In this document: positions 38,911 through 48,044 of the stretch, piece after piece
Position numbering within the stretch: position 1 is the first letter of the stretch
Layout of the letters: every line of letters begins with the position of its first letter
Source: an uncultured Myxococcales bacterium
GTDB lineage: Bacteria; Myxococcota; B64-G9
Assembly (NCBI GenBank): GCA_964513625.1
Contig: CAZENH010000007.1
Coordinates: 4,911-68,910 of the forward strand
Length of the DNA stretch: 64,000 nucleotides
Direction: 5' to 3'
Program-made: the position numbers and the translations under genes
Notes under the pieces: model-generated
What the model was told of the DNA's origin: nothing
The model's database searches: none
Seen by the model: the letters and a program-made list of their open reading frames with translations, nothing else

Positions 38911-38952
38911 GTGCCGCTTGAGGCCGCCGTCCAGGAAAGACAGGAGGCCAAA

Positions 38953-39828
38953 ATGGCACTATCCCTCGAAAGTACTCGCTTACGCCTGGCCCTGCCCAAG
39001 GGTCACATGCAAACGGCGGTTTTAGCCTTGCTCGCCGATGCCGGCATACAAGTTCGGCTTGGCTCTCGCGACTATCGGCCGGAGATCTCGGTACCCGGTT
39101 TCGAGGCCAAGATTCTCAAGCCCCAGAACATCGTAGAGATGCTGCACCAGGGCTCCAGGGATCTTGGATTTGCCGGAGCCGACTGGGTGGCCGAACAGGG
39201 TGCCGAGTTGATCGAAGTGCTCGATACCGGGCTGGAGCCTGTAAAAGTAGTGGCCGCCGCCCCCTTAGACCTGCTGGTCGATGGCAAATTGCCGGCTCGG
39301 CAGCTGGTGGTTGCTTCTGAGTATCAACGATTGGCTTCAGACTGGATTCGTCGACGTGGTATCGAGGCTACCTTCGTTCGTACCTATGGCGCCACCGAGG
39401 TTTTCCCTCCCGAGGACGCCGATTGCATTGTCGACAATACCGCCACTGGTTCCACCCTGCGCGCCAACGGACTGGCCGTTGTGGACGAACTGATGTGTTC
39501 CTCGACTCGACTTTATGCAAACCCGGGAGTGCTGGCCGACCCCGGCCGGAAGCGATCCGTGGATCGGCTGGTACTCCTGCTCAAATCCGTCCTCGAATCC
39601 CGCAGGCGGGTGATGATCGAGGTTAATGTAACCGCGGGCGACCTGGAGTCGGTCATCCAGGTTTTGCCTTGCATGCGAGAGCCCACTGTGGCGCCGCTCC
39701 ACGACGGCGCCGGATTTGCGGTCAAGGCGGCCGTACCCATCGAACGGTTGCCCGACGTGATACCGGAGCTCAAGGCCCGAGGCGGCACTGACGTGATCGT
39801 AACCAACCTGGCCCAGATTGTGCCCTAG
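38953..39828 (+). CDS. hisG: ATP phosphoribosyltransferase (long form)
   Basis: MALSLESTRLRLALPKGHM...ATGSTLRANGL matches HisG. An AGGAGG RBS lies 6 nt upstream of ATG 38953. The table's GTG 38911 extension was rejected. Confidence 0.85.
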   Translation: MALSLESTRLRLALPKGHMQTAVLALLADAGIQVRLGSRDYRPEISVPGFEAKILKPQNIVEMLHQGSRDLGFAGADWVAEQGAELIEVLDTGLEPVKVVAAAPLDLLVDGKLPARQLVVASEYQRLASDWIRRRGIEATFVRTYGATEVFPPEDADCIVDNTATGSTLRANGLAVVDELMCSSTRLYANPGVLADPGRKRSVDRLVLLLKSVLESRRRVMIEVNVTAGDLESVIQVLPCMREPTVAPLHDGAGFAVKAAVPIERLPDVIPELKARGGTDVIVTNLAQIVP

Positions 39829-39841
39829 AAAGGAGACTCAG

Positions 39842-41572
39842 ATGTTCAAGATCGATCAATCTCTGCCTACGCCACGGGCAAGTCTTCTGGGGACCGTGGC
39901 CTACCGCCCAAAACCGCCGGTCGCGCCGACCGACTTGCGTCTGGACGGCAACGAGGGCCAGCCCCCGCGGGCGAATCTGTTGGACCTTTTACAGGAGGCC
40001 GGTCCAGATGTGATTCGCCGCTACCCCAATCCCTGGTCGTTCGAAACCCGCCTGGCCGGGCGCCTGGGCGTGGATTCCCGGCGTGTCCTGGTGACCGCCG
40101 GCGGGGACGATGCCATAGACCGGGTTTGCCGTGCGTTTCTTTGGGAGGGCCGAGAGTTGGTCCTGCCGGTGCCGACTTTCGAGATGATTGCCCGCTACGC
40201 GGCCCTGGCCGGAGGTCGGTTCATAGAGGTTCCCTGGCCGACGGGGCCATATCCCGTGGATCAAGTTCTTGCACGGGTGGGGCCGCAAACCGGGGTGATT
40301 GCAGTTGTCAGTCCCAACAACCCCACCGGCGCGGTGGCTTCCAGTTCGGATCTCGAGCGCTTGTCGTCTGGCGCTCCTGGCTGCCTGATACTTGTGGATC
40401 TGGCCTATGGAGAGTTCGCGGACACGGACCTGATGGCCACCAGCCTTCGACTTCCCAACACCGTGGCCGTGCGATCATTGTCCAAGGCCTGGGGAATGGC
40501 CGGTTTGCGGGTCGGGTACGCCGTGGGACCGGCCAAGATCATCGATTATTTGAGGGCGGCCGGCGGACCGTATGCGGTCTCACTGCCGTCTTTGGTACTG
40601 GCTGAACGAGCACTCGAGACCGACCAGGACAGAATCGCCGGGTTCGTCGAACGGGTTCGGGTTGAACGTAACCGCCTAGAGACGCTTCTGGCTGAACTGG
40701 GCGTTGAAGCAACGCCGAGCCAGGCCAATTTCATCCTGGCGCGTGACAACGATCCCGCCTGGTTGCGCGACCGCCTGGCCGGGTTAGGAATCGCGGTTCG
40801 GGTTTTCAGCGATAGTCCGGGTCTCAAGGACCGGGTGCGCATAACCTGCCCCGGCGACGAGGTCGAGTTCGATCGTCTGGTTTCGGCGTTGAAGACCTGC
40901 TGCAATCCTCAGGCCCTTGTGTTCGATCTGGACGGGGTGCTGGCGGACGTGTCCGAGTCGTACCGCAAGGTAATTGGAAGAACCGCGGCGGCGTTTGGAG
41001 TAGGCTTGTCAGCGGCCGAGATTGACTCGGCCAAGGCGGAGTTGGACTCCAACAACGACTGGAAAGTAACCCGGCGCCTGCTGCTAAGCAACGGAGTTGA
41101 TGTCTCGCTGGCCGAGGTGCGCGAGCGGTTCGAGGATATCTACCAGGGTACCCCGGGGCATCCCGGACTTTGCGAACGGGAGCGGCTGATCCCCGATCGG
41201 GAAGTTCTGGTCCGACTGGCACGACGTCTGCCCTTGGCCCTGGTCACGGGCCGGCCGCGGAAGGATACAGATCGATTCTGCGAACGAGCCGAGATAGCCG
41301 GTCTCTTCGCGGCCGTGATTTGTATGGAAGATGGGCCCGCCAAGCCGGATCCGGCACCGGTGCGATTGGCGCTTCAACGCCTGGGGGTTCGACACGCCTG
41401 GATGGTGGGAGACACCCCTGACGATATCCGGGCTGCCAGGGCGGCTGGCGTACTGGCTTTAGGAGTGCTCAACCAGAAAGCAGGGGCTGTCGAGCAGAAC
41501 GATCCGTTGTCGAAGGCCGGCGCAGGCCGGGTGCTTTGCGATCTCGGACAACTGGAGGAACTATTGCCATGA
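39842..41572 (+). CDS. hisC: Histidinol-phosphate aminotransferase fused to C-terminal HAD-superfamily phosphatase domain (putative histidinol-phosphatase)
   Basis: The N-terminal ~360 aa is class-II aminotransferase (LRLDGNEG, SPNNPTG, SLSKAWGMAGLRVGY). The C-terminal ~220 aa has HAD motifs (LVFDLDGVLAD, LVTGRPRKD, GDTPDDIRAARAAG). An AAAGGAGA RBS sits before ATG 39842. Confidence 0.8.
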   Translation: MFKIDQSLPTPRASLLGTVAYRPKPPVAPTDLRLDGNEGQPPRANLLDLLQEAGPDVIRRYPNPWSFETRLAGRLGVDSRRVLVTAGGDDAIDRVCRAFLWEGRELVLPVPTFEMIARYAALAGGRFIEVPWPTGPYPVDQVLARVGPQTGVIAVVSPNNPTGAVASSSDLERLSSGAPGCLILVDLAYGEFADTDLMATSLRLPNTVAVRSLSKAWGMAGLRVGYAVGPAKIIDYLRAAGGPYAVSLPSLVLAERALETDQDRIAGFVERVRVERNRLETLLAELGVEATPSQANFILARDNDPAWLRDRLAGLGIAVRVFSDSPGLKDRVRITCPGDEVEFDRLVSALKTCCNPQALVFDLDGVLADVSESYRKVIGRTAAAFGVGLSAAEIDSAKAELDSNNDWKVTRRLLLSNGVDVSLAEVRERFEDIYQGTPGHPGLCERERLIPDREVLVRLARRLPLALVTGRPRKDTDRFCERAEIAGLFAAVICMEDGPAKPDPAPVRLALQRLGVRHAWMVGDTPDDIRAARAAGVLALGVLNQKAGAVEQNDPLSKAGAGRVLCDLGQLEELLP

Positions 41573-42156
41573 AGAAAAGAAAGGCAAAGGTAAAGCGCGA
41601 GACGAACGAGACCCGTATCGAATTGAACTTGGATTTACAGGGAAGCGGGCGGGCAGAGGTTCAATCGGGGATCGGCTTTTTGGATCACCTTTTGGAGACG
41701 CTGGCTCGGCACGCGGGGTTCGATATTGAACTAAACTGTCTTGGCGATCTGGATGTCGACGATCATCACACCGCCGAGGACTGTGCCTTGGCTCTGGGAG
41801 AGGCCTTGGATAAAGCCCTGGGAGACAGGCTGGGTATTGCCAGATTCGGGTCGGCATTCGCACCGCTGGATGAGGCCCTGGCCAGGGTGGTAGTCGATCT
41901 GTCGGGTCGTCCCTTTGCAGCAGTGGCGCTCGGGCTGGAGTGTGAATCCATCGGAGGACTGTCCTGCCAGAATGTCGCCCACTTCATGAAATCTTTGGCA
42001 TGCGCCGCCCGATGCTGTCTGCACGCCGACGTGTTGCGAGGCGACAACGATCACCACCGAGCCGAGGCGGCTTTCAAGGCCCTGGCCCTGGCCCTGCGAC
42101 AGGCCGTATCAAGAACCGGTTCTGGACAGCTGCCGTCCACCAAGGGGGTGCTGTAA
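41569..42156 (+). CDS. hisB: Imidazoleglycerol-phosphate dehydratase (monofunctional)
   Basis: The 195-aa ORF has RETNETRIELNLDLQG...IGFLDHLL...DDHHTAEDCALALG...DNDHHRAEAAFKA. An ATGA start/stop overlap joins it to hisC. Confidence 0.85.
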   Translation: MKKRKAKVKRETNETRIELNLDLQGSGRAEVQSGIGFLDHLLETLARHAGFDIELNCLGDLDVDDHHTAEDCALALGEALDKALGDRLGIARFGSAFAPLDEALARVVVDLSGRPFAAVALGLECESIGGLSCQNVAHFMKSLACAARCCLHADVLRGDNDHHRAEAAFKALALALRQAVSRTGSGQLPSTKGVL

Positions 42157-42779
42157 TGGCCGGTGTAGAACTGTTAGTCATCCAGACCGGAACGGCCAAC
42201 CTGGCTTCGGTCGTGGCCGGGTTTCGACGAGCGGGAACCGAACCCCGGGTGTCAAACGATCCCGGACAAGCCATCAACGCTGAATTCCTGGTCCTGCCGG
42301 GCGTTGGAGCCATGGGGGCCGCCATGGAGAATTTACGACGGAACCGGTTGGATGAAATGATCGCCGAGCGCATCGGCCGGGGTCGCCCGACCATGGCGAT
42401 TTGCCTCGGGTTGCAGATCCTTTGTGCCGGAAGCGAAGAGAGCCCGGGTAGCGATGGTCTGGGGATCTTTCCGGGCAGTGTGCGCCGTTTCGGCGGATCG
42501 ATGGTCGTTCCTCAGATGGGCTGGAACCGGGTCGATCCAGATACAAATTGTCGCTTACTGGAGCCCGGATACGCCTATTTCGCAAATTCCTATCGTTTGG
42601 CTGAAGCGCCTTTGGGTTGGTCGGTGGCTTGGGCCGAACACGGCGACCGGTTCATCGCCGCGCTGGAGCGTGGGTCGGTCCTGGCATGTCAGTTTCATCC
42701 GGAGCTATCCGGGGATTGGGGCCGTGGGCTGATCGAGCGTTGGCTTGCTATGGGCCGAGAAGGAGACAGGTCATGTTAA
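42156..42779 (+). CDS. hisH: Imidazole glycerol phosphate synthase, glutamine amidotransferase subunit
   Basis: A class-I GATase is indicated by MAICLGLQIL (catalytic Cys) and ACQFHPELS. A TAATG overlap joins it to hisB. Confidence 0.85.
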   Translation: MAGVELLVIQTGTANLASVVAGFRRAGTEPRVSNDPGQAINAEFLVLPGVGAMGAAMENLRRNRLDEMIAERIGRGRPTMAICLGLQILCAGSEESPGSDGLGIFPGSVRRFGGSMVVPQMGWNRVDPDTNCRLLEPGYAYFANSYRLAEAPLGWSVAWAEHGDRFIAALERGSVLACQFHPELSGDWGRGLIERWLAMGREGDRSC

Positions 42780-43528
42780 CCACCAGGATCATTCCCTGCC
42801 TGGACGTAAGAGATGGCCGGGTGGTCAAGGGAGTGCGTTTCCAGGACCTGCGCGATGCAGGTGACCCGGTGGAACTGGCGAGTGCCTACGAGGCGTGCGG
42901 TGCCGACGAACTGGTCCTGCTGGACGTCTCGGCCACACCAGAAGGTCGCAGTACGGCCCTGGAGATCGTACGTAAAGTGCGCGCCCGGTTGTCGATTCCC
43001 CTGACCGTGGGCGGCGGGATCCGCGGGGTGCAGGCGGCCGGTGAGCTGCTCGAGGCCGGGGCCGATAAAATTGCGGTCAACACGGCGGCCGTGGCCCGGC
43101 CCGATCTCCTCGGCGAGTTGGCCGATCGGTTCGGACGTCAATGCACGGTACTTGCACTTGATGCTGCTTCCCGGCCCCGGGGAGGCTGGGAAGTTGTGGT
43201 GACATCGGGTAGGGAGCATACCGGCAACGACGCAATTGCCTGGGCCGAGGAAGCGGCTCGGATTGGCGCCGGCGAGATCCTCCTTACAAGCTGGGACCGC
43301 GATGGAACGAGATCGGGATACGATCTGGAGCTGATCAGCGCCGTCCGAGAGACCGTGTCTGTACCGTTGATCGCCTCGGGAGGGGCGTCCACTCCGGGGC
43401 ACTTGCTAGAGGCGATTCGTGCCGGCGCAGATGCGGTCCTGGCGGCCTCCATTTTCCACTACCGGGAGTACAGCGTGGCCGGGCTGAAGGAGTTTCTGGC
43501 CGGCTTAGGAGAGGAGGTGCGCCAATGA
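42773..43528 (+). CDS. hisF: Imidazole glycerol phosphate synthase, cyclase subunit
   Basis: MLTTRIIPCLDVRDGRVVKGVRF...VGGGIR...SGGA is typical of HisF. It overlaps the hisH stop. Confidence 0.85.
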   Translation: MLTTRIIPCLDVRDGRVVKGVRFQDLRDAGDPVELASAYEACGADELVLLDVSATPEGRSTALEIVRKVRARLSIPLTVGGGIRGVQAAGELLEAGADKIAVNTAAVARPDLLGELADRFGRQCTVLALDAASRPRGGWEVVVTSGREHTGNDAIAWAEEAARIGAGEILLTSWDRDGTRSGYDLELISAVRETVSVPLIASGGASTPGHLLEAIRAGADAVLAASIFHYREYSVAGLKEFLAGLGEEVRQ

Positions 43529-44799
43529 TCGTCCCGAGCATTGATATCATGCAGAGTGCAGCCGTGCAGCTGGTAGGAGGCAGAGAGAAAGTCCTGGATG
43601 CCGGCGACCCACGGCCCTTGGCAGAGCGGTTCGGAAGAGTGGGCGAAGTGGCGCTGATCGATCTGGACGCAGCCATGGGCCTGGGCTCCAACTCCGAGAT
43701 TATCCGCGAGCTTCTTAGCCTGGCTCCGTGCAGGGTTGGCGGCGGAATTCGCGACGTTAGTACCGCACGCGAGTGGCTGGATGCGGGGGCTTGCCGGGTC
43801 ATTTTGGGAACCGCGGCCGAACCCGAGATCCTGGGGCAGCTTCCGCCCGATCGGGTGGTAGCGGCACTGGATGCCGTGGACGGGGAAGTTGTAGTCGAGG
43901 GATGGAGGCGGGGCACGGGTCGCTCGGTGGCCGACCGGATGACAGAGCTGCGGGGTCTTGCTGGCGGGTTTCTGGTGACCTTCGTCGAGCGCGAGGGACG
44001 AATGTCGGGAACCGCCCTGGATCGGGTGGCCGAGTTGGTGGACTTGGCCGGCCCGGCCCGGCTGACCGTGGCGGGGGGCGTGAGCAGCCCCGCGGAGATC
44101 GCCGCCCTGGATCGTCTAGGCGCGGACGCACAGGTAGGCATGGCCATCTACACCGGCGAGATGAGCCTGGCAGAGGCCTTCTCGGCTCCCATGATCTCTG
44201 ATCGTGAGGACGGGCTGTGGCCTACAGTGGTTGTCGATGAGGTCGGTAAAGCCCTGGGGCTGGTCTACTCGGACATCGAGAGTCTCGGCCAAGCCCTGGA
44301 GCAAGGGCGAGGAATCTACCGTTCCCGAACGCGGGGGTTGTGGGTCAAAGGGAAGACTTCCGGCAACTACCAGGATCTGCTGGCCGTGAATGCCGACTGC
44401 GATCGGGATACTCTTCGCTTCAAGGTTCGCCAGCACGGATCGGGCTTCTGCCATCTGGGCGGCCGTTCGTGTTGGAGAGGCGACGGCGGACTCGCAGGCC
44501 TCGTCCGCCTTTTGGCCGGGCGCGTGAAAGCGGCGCCAAAAGGCTCTTATACGGGTCGGTTGCTGTCGGACAAAATTCTGCTTGAGGCCAAGCTGGTCGA
44601 GGAAGCGAAGGAACTGGCCGAGGCATCCAGCGCGAAGCAGGTTGCCTGGGAAGCCGCGGATGTATTGTACTTCACCTCGGTCGCTCTGGCCCGAAGCGGC
44701 GTAGGGCTCGATGAGGTAGAGGCCGAACTGGATCGCAGACGAATGCTGGTGTCCCGCCGAGCGGGTGACGCCAAGATCGAAAAGGAGGATGCCTCATGA
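43525..44799 (+). CDS. hisA: Trifunctional fusion: ProFAR isomerase (HisA) + phosphoribosyl-AMP cyclohydrolase (HisI) + phosphoribosyl-ATP pyrophosphatase (HisE)
   Basis: The N-terminal ~235 aa is a HisA TIM barrel (MIVPSIDI...GGGIR...AGGV). The HisI region follows (GLWVKGKTSGNYQDLLAVNADCDRDTL...CHLGGRSCW). The HisE/MazG-like tail is LEAKLVEEAKELAEA...EAADVLYF. A GGAGAGGAGG RBS is present. Confidence 0.8.
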   Translation: MIVPSIDIMQSAAVQLVGGREKVLDAGDPRPLAERFGRVGEVALIDLDAAMGLGSNSEIIRELLSLAPCRVGGGIRDVSTAREWLDAGACRVILGTAAEPEILGQLPPDRVVAALDAVDGEVVVEGWRRGTGRSVADRMTELRGLAGGFLVTFVEREGRMSGTALDRVAELVDLAGPARLTVAGGVSSPAEIAALDRLGADAQVGMAIYTGEMSLAEAFSAPMISDREDGLWPTVVVDEVGKALGLVYSDIESLGQALEQGRGIYRSRTRGLWVKGKTSGNYQDLLAVNADCDRDTLRFKVRQHGSGFCHLGGRSCWRGDGGLAGLVRLLAGRVKAAPKGSYTGRLLSDKILLEAKLVEEAKELAEASSAKQVAWEAADVLYFTSVALARSGVGLDEVEAELDRRRMLVSRRAGDAKIEKEDAS

Positions 44800-46064
44800 G
44801 CCGGTTTTTGTTTCGCAGGCTGGGAATCGATCAGGTCCGGTCGTTGGGCAGGAGAGCCACGGATCCCGAGGTTCTTTCCCGGGCGGTCGCCATCGTGGAG
44901 GACGTTCGCACGAACGGCGAAGACGCCTTGCGCGCGCATGCCGAACGATTGGGCGACCTGGCATCCGGAGATCCTTTGGTGTTTGGCAGGGATGCCCTGA
45001 CCGATGCCCTGGATTCGATACCGACCGAACAACGTGCTCTGCTGGAAAGAACCGCGGAGCGAATTCGATCTTTCGCCAGGGCACAGCGATCGGTTCTCGG
45101 GTCGCTTGAAGTGGCGCTTCCGGGAGGAGCCGCAGGTCATTCCGTCGTTCCGGTAGAGCGAGCCGGTTGTTACGCCCCGGGTGGCCGTTTTCCTCTCCCT
45201 TCTTCGGTGTTGATGACGGCGCTGACCGCCGCGACGGCCGGGGTGAACTGTATCTGGATCGCATCACCCAGACCGGCCCGGATCACGCTGGCCGCGGCTG
45301 GTTTGGCCGGAGCCACCGGTCTTCTCGCCGTCGGCGGGGCCCAGGCCATTGCCGCTTTGGCGTATGGAGCAGGGCCAATCCCTGCCTGTGATGCGGTGGT
45401 GGGTCCGGGCAACCGCTGGGTGACAGCCGCCAAGCAACTGGTCTCGGGCCGGGTGGCCATCGACATGCTGGCGGGCCCATCGGAGTTGGTGGTAGTTGCA
45501 GATGGATCCAGCGATCCGAATGTGGTGGCGGCCGATCTAATCGCTCAGGCGGAACATGACCCGGACGCCTGGCCGGTGTTGATCAGCCTGGACGTGGAGT
45601 TGATCGACCGGGTGGAACGAAGACTAGAAGAGCGGTTGATAGGCCTGCCGACCGCCGAAAGCGCTCGAGCTGCGCTGGAGAACGGGTTCGCCGTGTTCGT
45701 CACGAGCCCGACAGAGGCGATAGGCGTCTGCGATTGTCTGGCACCCGAGCACCTGGAACTGTGTATTGAGGGTGCAAAAGACATGGCTTCTCGGTTGAAC
45801 CACTACGGCGCACTGTTCATCGGTGCCGGCGCTGCGGAAGTGCTGGCTGATTACGGCGCAGGGCCCAACCACGTCCTGCCCACCGGGGGCACGGCCAGAT
45901 TCACAGGTGGCCTGAGCGTCTCTACCTTCTTGCGCACACGGACCTGGTTGCGAATCGACGATCTGGAATCCGTCCAGCCCCTTGTCAGCGACGCCGCTGC
46001 ATTTGCCAGGCTGGAGGGCCTGGAGGCTCACGCCAGGGCGGCTGAACTTCGACAAGTAGGGTAA
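44796..46064 (+). CDS. hisD: Histidinol dehydrogenase
   Basis: The 422-aa ORF has HisD motifs (AQAEHDPDA, GPSELVVVAD, NHVLPTGGTARF). A GGAGGA RBS sits before ATG 44796. Confidence 0.85.
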   Translation: MSRFLFRRLGIDQVRSLGRRATDPEVLSRAVAIVEDVRTNGEDALRAHAERLGDLASGDPLVFGRDALTDALDSIPTEQRALLERTAERIRSFARAQRSVLGSLEVALPGGAAGHSVVPVERAGCYAPGGRFPLPSSVLMTALTAATAGVNCIWIASPRPARITLAAAGLAGATGLLAVGGAQAIAALAYGAGPIPACDAVVGPGNRWVTAAKQLVSGRVAIDMLAGPSELVVVADGSSDPNVVAADLIAQAEHDPDAWPVLISLDVELIDRVERRLEERLIGLPTAESARAALENGFAVFVTSPTEAIGVCDCLAPEHLELCIEGAKDMASRLNHYGALFIGAGAAEVLADYGAGPNHVLPTGGTARFTGGLSVSTFLRTRTWLRIDDLESVQPLVSDAAAFARLEGLEAHARAAELRQVG

Positions 46065-46128
46065 AGCCGAATCTCACATGCCGCGGGGTGCAGCGACAAG
46101 GCTGGCCGATCTCACTACCGACAACCGT

Positions 46129-46869
46129 TCAGGCCTGCAGGAAAAAGGAACCTTCGATGTGATCCGGTCGAGGAGCCTGGCTCACGTCGACAGGGTCGGG
46201 CGGTATCGGCGCCGTCTTCTGTTCGGCCGCCTTGCGTCGCCTGCGGACTTCTTCCATTGGCAGCAGTTCGCCCTGTAGCTTGTCCACATACAGGATGCCT
46301 TCCAGGTGATCTATCTCATGTTGCCACAGCACCGCGTTGGGACCCTGCGCCTCGGCCAGGACTTCCTTGCCGGAGTTCGTCTCGTAGCGGACCTTGATCC
46401 AGCGGTTGCGCCGCACCAGGCCGCCGACATCGGGAATGCTCAGGCAGCCCTCGTAACCGTCTTGTGTATCATCCGAACGCTCGATGATCAGCGGGTTGCG
46501 GGCGAAGACAATGTGCGGCTTGTCTGTTTTGTAGTCCAGCTCCAGCACGGCCACCCGCAGGCTCAAGCCCACCTGCGGCCCGGCGATGCCCACGCCTTCT
46601 TTATGGCGCATGGCGGCTTCCATGCGCCGGGCGACGTTTTCGAGATCGAGGTCGGCCGGCACCGGGCGGGCCCAGAGACGCAACACCCTCATCTCGGGCG
46701 AACCGCGGGTTACCACCTTGAAAGCTTCCCTTTGTTCGGTAAGGCGCAGGCGCTCATCGTCCCGCCAAGCGAATCCGTGCCGGACGATCGGTCGGCTGGC
46801 GCAGCCTGAAAGCAAAGGCAGCGAAGCCATCCCGCTCATGGCCAGCATTTCACGTCTCGTCCAACGCAT
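46129..46869 (-). CDS. def: Peptide deformylase homolog with N-terminal Tat-type lipoprotein signal (predicted exported)
   Basis: The Def catalytic domain is intact (GIAGPQVG, EGCLSIP, HEIDHLEG). A 60-aa N-terminal extension precedes it: MRWTRREMLAMSGMASLPLLSGCAS (Tat-like TRREML plus lipobox LLSGC). A strong GAGGAGG RBS sits 8 nt upstream of ATG 46869. The internal ATG 46692 (Def-only form) has no SD. Confidence 0.7.
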   Translation of the reverse strand: MRWTRREMLAMSGMASLPLLSGCASRPIVRHGFAWRDDERLRLTEQREAFKVVTRGSPEMRVLRLWARPVPADLDLENVARRMEAAMRHKEGVGIAGPQVGLSLRVAVLELDYKTDKPHIVFARNPLIIERSDDTQDGYEGCLSIPDVGGLVRRNRWIKVRYETNSGKEVLAEAQGPNAVLWQHEIDHLEGILYVDKLQGELLPMEEVRRRRKAAEQKTAPIPPDPVDVSQAPRPDHIEGSFFLQA

Positions 46870-46940
46870 ACAGAAACCTCCTCACAAGCGTCGCGCGATT
46901 TTCACAAACCTTTGACCGCCCCGACTAATTATTCTAGGTT

Positions 46941-48044
46941 GTGCTGATGGACATGTCCACCGGCAAAATCACAATTCCCGGGCGTACCGAGACTATTCGC
47001 GCACACAAGGCGCGCGGTGGCAAGGTAGCTGCGGTTTTTCCGATCCACTATCCGCGAGCATTGTTGCGTGCCTGCGGCATCTTGCCGGTGGAGGTCTGGG
47101 GGCCGCCTGGGATGGATACCAGCCAGGGCGACGCCCACCTGCAGTCTTACACCTGCCCAATCGTTCGCGCCGGGTTGACCTTTCTGCTGCAGGGCGGACT
47201 CGAGCAGGTTGACCTGATCGTCGTGCCGCACGCCTGCGACTCGCTCCAGGGATTTGGATCGATCCTGCTGGATTTCATCAAGCCGGCCCAGCCGATTGTG
47301 CCGTTCTACCTGCCGCGCGACTCGGGCGAACCGGCCCGCCGGTTCCTTGTCGCTGAGATTTCGCGAGTTCTCGACGAGCTTTGCGAGATTGACTGCAAGA
47401 GGCCCTCGTCCGAAGAGATCGCACAGGCTATTGAACGCGAAGAACGTGCCGACTCCTTGCTGGCCGAGTTGCTGGCCCAGGCCGCGCAGCTTCCCATAAG
47501 CGACCGGGATCTCTATCGCGTCGTGCGCTCGCGGGAATACCTGCCGTCCGAGGAGTTCAAAGAGGCGGCTAAAGCGCTGCTGGAGCGCAAGACCGAAAAG
47601 GCGCGCTCGGGAATTCCCGTGTTGCTTTCGGGCATCGTCCCGGAGCCCGCCGGTCTCTTCGACGCAATAGCAGCGGCCGGTGGCAGGGTGGCCGGTGACG
47701 ATCTGTGTTGCTCAGGCCGCAGGCTTTATCCCAAGGGCAAAGGGGATGATCCACTGGTGCGTATGGCGGATGGGTTGCTCTCGGGTCCTCCCGACTCTAC
47801 TCGCGGAAGTGTGGTGGATGCACGCCTGGATCACCTGATGGACCTGGTCAGGCGACACCAGGCCAGAGGGATAATCTTCTACTCAATGAAATTCTGCGAG
47901 CCCGAACTGTTCTATCTGCCCCAGTTGCAGCAAGGTCTTCAGGCTGCCGGTATCCGCTCGGTTGTGATCGAGTCAGAACTCGATCAGCACTTTCCCGACC
48001 AGGCCGTTACACGGATAGAAGCCTTCCTGGAGAATGTGAAATGA
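46941..48044 (+). CDS. 2-hydroxyacyl-CoA dehydratase family subunit (second system)
   Basis: The 367-aa ORF is HgdB-like ([37 protein letters not shown]). It is first in a 3-gene translationally coupled operon. Confidence 0.7.
   Translation: MLMDMSTGKITIPGRTETIRAHKARGGKVAAVFPIHYPRALLRACGILPVEVWGPPGMDTSQGDAHLQSYTCPIVRAGLTFLLQGGLEQVDLIVVPHACDSLQGFGSILLDFIKPAQPIVPFYLPRDSGEPARRFLVAEISRVLDELCEIDCKRPSSEEIAQAIEREERADSLLAELLAQAAQLPISDRDLYRVVRSREYLPSEEFKEAAKALLERKTEKARSGIPVLLSGIVPEPAGLFDAIAAAGGRVAGDDLCCSGRRLYPKGKGDDPLVRMADGLLSGPPDSTRGSVVDARLDHLMDLVRRHQARGIIFYSMKFCEPELFYLPQLQQGLQAAGIRSVVIESELDQHFPDQAVTRIEAFLENVK

Noticed and set aside
38911-38952. Extended hisG start at GTG 38911 (table ORF)
   Set aside because: The AGGAGG RBS is positioned for ATG 38953, and the N-terminus from MALSLESTRLRLALPKG matches the HisG length. 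The extension would also run through the attenuator hairpins.
43335-44147. 270-aa minus-strand Pro/Arg/Ser-rich ORF
   Set aside because: It is antisense to hisF/hisA, which have unambiguous homology, and has a typical GC-rich shadow-ORF composition.
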